This document shows, in pieces, positions 56,021-62,000 of a DNA stretch of 62,000 nt (position 1 is its first letter; each line of letters begins with the position of its first letter). A program made the position numbers and the translations under genes. The stretch lies in contig OX597822.1 in assembly GCA_951406725.2 (NCBI GenBank), positions 43,606,001 to 43,668,000 on the forward strand. Reading direction: 5' to 3'. This DNA is from Octopus vulgaris. Lineage: Eukaryota. The notes below the pieces were generated by a model. The model saw nothing but the letters and a program-made list of their open reading frames with translations. It had not been told where the DNA came from and did not search any database.

Positions 56021-57664
56021 TCCACCTCAAGTATTATCCAATTTCCTTGAATAAGGAAATGATGCATTGGATAATGTATTCTTGGAGACGCCTGAAAATC
56101 ATTTAGTCACCGGTCTGGTCAATTAGGATTGACCTAGGGTTAAACAACAACAGCAACAAAAGCAGCAGAAACAGCAACAATAGCTGCAGCAGCAACAATA
56201 GCAATACACTAGTAATTTAATCGGGCGCTCTACCGATTCTAGACCACTGTAAATGAATCTATTAATCTGCTTCGCATTGAAAACAGAATCTCTTCAGATT
56301 TTTAGATTTATTGTCGATTTACAACAATGGGAGGCAACAGCAAAATTAAAGACAACAACAAGAAGTGGCTGGGAGGTTGAGTGGGCGTGGATGGAGAAGG
56401 GTGAAGTGTTGGTGGAAGAGAGGGTTTTGGAATAAAATAAATGATGAAAATTCTTTAGCAGAAACAATGAATAATGATGAAAATGATGAACAATTCTTCA
56501 ACTGAGAGATAAAAAATAACGAACAAATAAAGAGACAAATATGAACATATAAATAAAACTAAAAGCAAACTGAATGAAAACTAAAGTGAGATAATTAAAA
56601 AATGACAATAATAACAACAACAACAGCAGCAGCAACAAAATACAATATTTTTAGGAAAAAATTCTATAAAACAAGCAAAAAAATAACAATTATGGACAAG
56701 GAATTATTTCTTCGGAACAAATGTCTATTGTTGAGATGTAAAATGAGAATGGAACTGAGGTGAAGTGAGATATGGTATAATCCAAAGGCTAGTAAAATAC
56801 TTGATTTTTCTCCTCGTCTTCTTTATCCTCCTCTTTATGAAACAAAGCCTACCAACGACCAGAGTAGCCATTTTTGTCCTTCTCTGAGAAGTTTAGATGC
56901 TTCTACCTACCAACCAACCAACCAGCCAGCCAGCCAGCCAACCATTCTCCCTCCCCTGTCAACCAACCAAATTCGCTACCATCTTCTCTCTGTCTCCTTA
57001 TGTAACAAAAGCCATCATTATTTTCTTTTTAACCCTTCGCAATGATTATTATTATTATTATTTTTCGTTGAATGATTAATGCATTTATTAATCATTTAAT
57101 AAAAGCACTGCCCCAGTATGGCCGTCGTACAATGACTGGAACAAGTAAAAGTAAAAGTTAAAGTTATATTTAATAATCCTGGCCACGAATCGATTTATCC
57201 GGAAGGGAACCAAAAAAAATTAACTTCAATTATTTTCCCCCTCTTCCTTCGATATTACGATACTCGTGTCATGAAAGCTGGTTGAATTAGGATAGAGGAT
57301 CGAATGGAGCCAAATGCAGTTCCATTTTATTATTCATTCATTTTAAATACGATACTGAATGAAACCTCATCATGCCTTTACCGTTTTATTTATCCTCTAG
57401 CAGGACTAACTGTCCAAGCTCGCCGCCATGTGTGATGCAAACGTAACTTCAGTTGTTTTGAGACTGTTTCTCGTCTTCAGCACTTGAGTCGGGATTGAAC
57501 TCAGACCGCAACGTACACATATTGTAAAGCATACTACCCGAGGCTCTAACGGCTCTGTCGACTGCCTTAAAATTGACAACGTACAACACCTGGTCAAACA
57601 CTTTCAACTCTGTCTGACGGGTATCCATTTGACAGACTGAATGCGCTAATACGGGTGTCATATT

Positions 57665-57898
57665 TAATTCTTTATTGCCTACAGGGAGGCTAAACATAGA
57701 GGGGACAAACAAGGAGAGACAAAGGGATTAAATCGATTACATCGATCCCAGTGCGTAACTGGTACTTATTTAATCGACTCCGAAAGGATGAAAGGCAAAG
57801 TCGACCTCGGCGGAATTTGAACTCGGAACGTAGCGGCAGACGAAATACTGGTAAGCGTTTCACACGGCACGCTAACGTTTCTGCCAGCTCGCTGCCCT
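57665..57898 (-). mobile_element. SINE family B, full-length with 16-bp TSD
   Basis: atacgggtgtcatatt at 57649-57664 and 57899-57914. Confidence 0.93.
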
Positions 57899-57949
57899 AT
57901 ACGGGTGTCATATTACCTTACCGAGTGTACCGTTACAGATATCAAATTG

Positions 57950-58280
57950 GTAAACTGGTACTCCGTCGGCGGCGACGACAAGGACTCCAGTTGATCTAAT
58001 CAACGGAACAGCCTGCTCATGAAGTTAACGTGCAAGTGGCTGAGCACTCACCAAACACAAGTACCCTTAACGTAGTTCTCAGGGTAATTCAGCGTGACAC
58101 AGAATGCGACAAGGCTGGCCTCTTGAATTACTCGTATAATTCTATTTCGCCAGCAGAATGGACTGAAGCAACATGCAATAAAGTGTCTTGCTTAAGGACA
58201 TAATACACTGCTGAGTACCGGGCCTCACAACCTTCTAATCGTGAACCGTATACCCTGATCACTCAGCCACGTGACCTCAC
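57950..58280 (-). mobile_element. SINE family D with TSD
   Basis: Reverse-complement head, core and tail; tatcaaattg at 57940-57949 and 58281-58290. Confidence 0.85.
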
Positions 58281-59782
58281 TATCAAATTGATATAGCAAT
58301 TACGGCCATACGGGTACGGAACTGGCGCAATAAATGCGACTATACGGGTTTGAAACTGATAAATACCGGACACAATTACGAATATAATATTACTGAACAA
58401 GGGGAAATTCCCAGGCCGAACTCTACTTTAAGAGGGCTCTTGTTCTGCAGATTTAGAATTAGATATCTGTTCTGTATGGAAGGGAGGAAGGCGCATGGCA
58501 TAGTGGTGAAGATGACGCAGCTGGGGTTTTTATTCCCGGACCGCTCAGTGCTTTGTGTTCTTGAGCCAATAAACATGATTTCACGTTGCTCTACTCCATT
58601 CCACTCAACTGTAAAAGATGGACTAATTCCACGATGGACTGGCGTCCCGTTGAAATTTCTGTCCCCGGTCACTTCCACCTTGAAAATCGGGTAATTTGCC
58701 CTTTGAGTCCTAGCACCCAAAACAGTAATTATTTACTTCTTGGATGGGATACATAGTAAGTTGTGTGTGTGTGTGTGTGTGTGTGTGTTTGTGTTGTGAT
58801 CGTGATAGGCGTAAAGATAGATAATTCTTTGACGGAATATGAATCGTTTTGTGAAATGTTTGGCTTCGTGATAATGAAAGAAACCTGCGATATGTGGTCG
58901 CTCTAGAAATAACTAAGATTTCCCTCAACTCCCTAAACTGTTAAACCAGGAAGATGGTATTGATAATGTAGTCTACTGTATACATTGGTTGGAGCAAAAT
59001 AAATGAGACGGTTACGGCGGGAATACATTCGACAACTCATCGTGTTCCAACCTGAATTCCGTTCGTCTTTACGTTCCGAACTGAAATTCCGCCGAGGTGG
59101 TCTTTGCCTTTCATCCTAAGAACTATTTAATTAAATCACTGAAAATCAAACAGAACGCTAATGCGGATCAACATCGGATCACCATCGGATCAACTGGAAT
59201 CAGCATCATTGTAACCGGCGTAGTGCCAGTTAATCACTTTGATATCCATATCAAAGGTAATGTGATATGGGTATTAGCGCATTCAGTTTATCAGTCAATA
59301 AAGTGAGTACCAATAGAGTACGAGAGTCGATGTCAATGATTTACCGTTCCCCTAAACTTGTTGGCAATGTGCCAAAGCTTGAAATCAATACTAAAGTGGC
59401 AAAGTATCGATCGATCCCGAAATGGTGAAACGCAACGTTAACTTCGGTGAGAATCGAACACAGAACGTGTGGAACTGTGGAACTGGAAACAATAAAGTAA
59501 ATCGTATTGTGATGGACTTCTAAATGACTCGGCTAATTAGGCATGTTTACCGTTCCTTACCTTACGCAAAATAATCACATGTTTACACACAGCGATGATA
59601 TCACAATTCTTAAATTTAACAGGGAAATGAGTGGGTATGTTGGTGTAATCAGCCAGTACACTCGTCGTCAAAATAAGGGCTTTCGGCTCGATTCTAACGC
59701 CTGCTAATGCCATTTTCTCCCCTCGGGTTTCTGTATCCCCTAATTTTAGATACTATTTTCTATAATCAATATAGTGAAAGTT

Positions 59783-59827
<45 letters not shown>

Positions 59828-59829
<2 letters not shown>

Positions 59830-60274
59830 CAAAAATAAATCTCTGAACGAGGTATAAACAGTAGCTACACGACATCGTGAAGTATATTTGCCACTTAAAT
59901 GTGGCTAACCCTTAAGGGTGGATGCTACTGTAGCTTGTAGCCCCAGGAGGACACCTCTTCCAGCTGGCTATTGACACACTTTCTGTACCTTATCAGTATT
60001 TTCAAAGGGAAGCCATCGTTCTCGTCCTCAACCTATGATACACACGGACTCGAGTTTCTGGGTATTGACCCGTCATCAGCGTATGAAAATCACTGGCTGT
60101 CGATGAAAAGTAAGCCTCCCTTTGCAAATATATATCCTTTTTCCAGTGACAAAAAGTCACTGATGTCGAAAAAGTGTAAACAAGCAAAAATATATCTCTG
60201 AGCGAGGTATAAACGGTAGCTGCACTACATCGTGAAGTATATGTGTCACTTAAATGTGGCTAACCCCTAAGGGT
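59828..60274 (-). mobile_element. Non-coding hammerhead-bearing retroelement (retrozyme-like or non-autonomous PLE), R-U-R structure
   Basis: 92-bp direct repeats at 59828-59919 and 60183-60274 (period 355 bp), central hammerhead, (TA)n on both sides, no ORF. Confidence 0.72.
60041..60085 (-). ncRNA. Minimal type I hammerhead ribozyme
   Basis: CAUACG-CUGAUGA-c GGGU caau ACCC a-GAAA-CUCGAG-UC-CGUGUG. Stem I 6 bp (one G-U), palindromic stem III ACUCGAGU, GUC site with cleavage after 60047. Confidence 0.82.
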
Positions 60275-60296
60275 TACCCACATGATATATATATAA

Positions 60297-60340
<44 letters not shown>

Positions 60341-60559
60341 AGGTGGAAATCCACGCCACCATCTCTTCAGTTGTCCGGAAAAATGCTATGAAAAATGACC
60401 GTTATACAAAGGGAAATTACTGTGTGATTGACCGTTATTAAGACAAAAGAGCTATTTGAATGACCACTAAGTGAGGGGTGGGAGTAAAAGTAAGTGGGTA
60501 AAAATAGATCATAGTATTCGCGTTAGCGCGCATGTTCATAGTTGCACACGCGCGCCCGC

Positions 60560-61130
60560 ACACACACGTGCGTGAACCTAAAAGTACACATTCATCCACC
60601 CTCACTTGAAAACCTACACATCCTCACTCGCACCATTCGCAAATGTATATACATACAAACCCCACCACTCACACGCGCACCATAAGGGTTCATACACACA
60701 TCTATATACGCACAAGCACAAGAAAATACAGGGCTAAGGGTAACAATACAGAAAAAAGGTATAAGGGTGTATACAAAGAGAAAACCACGTATATATACGC
60801 ACATACACTTATGCATGCACACACACGCTTATATTGCACATACCCGCACACGTTCATATACACACACACAAGCACGCGCTAAAAGGATCATACATACGTC
60901 TATATGCGCACACACACAAGAAAAAACAGGGCTAAAGGCAAAAATACAGGAAAATGTGTAAAAACACTGAGTAAAATACGTCTATATACACACGTACTCG
61001 CATGCTCGCACACACGCACACATCTATATACGCACATACCCGCACACACGCACACATCCACACGTGCGCACAAAAGATAACATAGACACGATTATATAGG
61101 CACAGGGAAAAATGCAGGGCGGAGGGTAGA
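60560..61130. repeat. Degenerate CA-rich satellite
   Basis: Recurrent cacacacgca, tatatacgcac and aaaatacaggg motifs. Confidence 0.7.
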
Positions 61131-61169
61131 ATACAGAAATATTATATGTAAAAAATATATAAGCAATAA

Positions 61170-61450
61170 ACCTATAAACGTCACGATGTGTTGCAGCTAC
61201 TGTTTATAACTCGCTCTAAGATTTATTATTGCTTCTTTACACTTATTCGATATCAGTGTCTTTACGATACTGTAAAAAGTATATGTATTTGTGAAGGGAA
61301 CCTACTTTTCATCGACAACTGTGATTGTCACACACCGATGACGGGTCAATATCCAGAAACTCGAGTCCGTGTGTATCATAAGTTGGAGACGGAAAGTATG
61401 GCTTCCCTTTGCAAATACTGATAGGGCGCACAAAGTGTGTCTATAGCCAG
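61170..61450 (+). mobile_element. Second, partial copy of the hammerhead-bearing element, in opposite orientation
   Basis: Aligns to the reverse complement of ~59965-60240. Confidence 0.8.
61329..61373 (+). ncRNA. Minimal type I hammerhead, core variant CCGAUGA
   Basis: CACACA-CCGAUGA-c GGGU caau AUCC a-GAAA-CUCGAG-UC-CGUGUG; same architecture as 60041-60085. Confidence 0.65.
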
Positions 61451-61636
61451 AAAGTGTGTCTAAAGAGACCGGTAGAATAAGTACTAGCCTTACAAAGAAT
61501 AAGTCCTGGGGTCGATTTGCTCGACTAAAGCTGGTGCTCCAGCATGGCCACAGTCAAATGACTGAAGCAATTAAAAGAGTATATATATATATATATATAT
61601 GCATATATACACATATGTATATATATATACATATAC

Positions 61637-61708
<72 letters not shown>

Positions 61709-61831
61709 ATATATGTATATATATATGTGTATATGTATATATATATATATACATATATGTATATGTATATATATATACATATATGTATATGTATATATAT
61801 ACATATATGTATATATATATATATATATATA

Positions 61832-62000
61832 GTTAATCCAAACAAGAAAACACAGAAAAAAAGAGAAAAAACACAGCAACGCAGGACGTGGAACAATTAA
61901 AGTATTATTGACGCTCAGGAAAGAAGGGAAGGAGGGTTTAACGTTTCGAGCGGAGCTCTTCGACGGAAACAAGGAGAAGGAAAGGTCCCAAGGAGGGAAG
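61832..62000 (-). mobile_element. Probable 3' tail of another PLE-like element abutting (TA)n, running off the window
   Basis: Starts agttaatccaaac after (TA)n (same stub at ~47738) and carries a hammerhead-like motif at 61938-61970. Confidence 0.45.

Overview
AT-rich eukaryotic DNA dominated by repeats, dense in (TA)n, (CA)n and trinucleotide microsatellites. The SINE and microsatellite landscape suggests an octopus or other coleoid cephalopod (inference from recalled repeat types, not a search). No host gene could be named, and no rRNA, true tRNA gene or CRISPR array is evident; nearly all long ORFs in the track are microsatellite translations or antisense shadows of transposon ORFs. Supported content: (1) a same-strand cluster of four R4/Dong-type RLE non-LTR retrotransposons strung on (TAA)n tracts (17.7-25.2 kb), two of them young and near-intact; (2) three full-length decayed copies of one DD34D mariner family, plus fragments of a second mariner and a Tc1-like element; (3) several Penelope-like element (PLE) remnants; (4) a Ty3/Gypsy gag-pol relic; (5) two Helitron-like non-autonomous elements; (6) many tRNA-derived SINEs of at least four families, several with target-site duplications (TSDs); (7) two large inverted repeats and several SINE-derived minisatellites. 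The most interesting signal is a set of small self-cleaving RNA motifs: three clear and two decayed minimal type I hammerhead ribozymes, including a ~355-nt non-coding unit with terminal direct repeats that resembles a retrozyme, and an unexplained pseudoknot motif at 43.9 kb. A few unassigned candidate exons are reported at low confidence. Coordinates were read by eye; boundaries of decayed elements are approximate.
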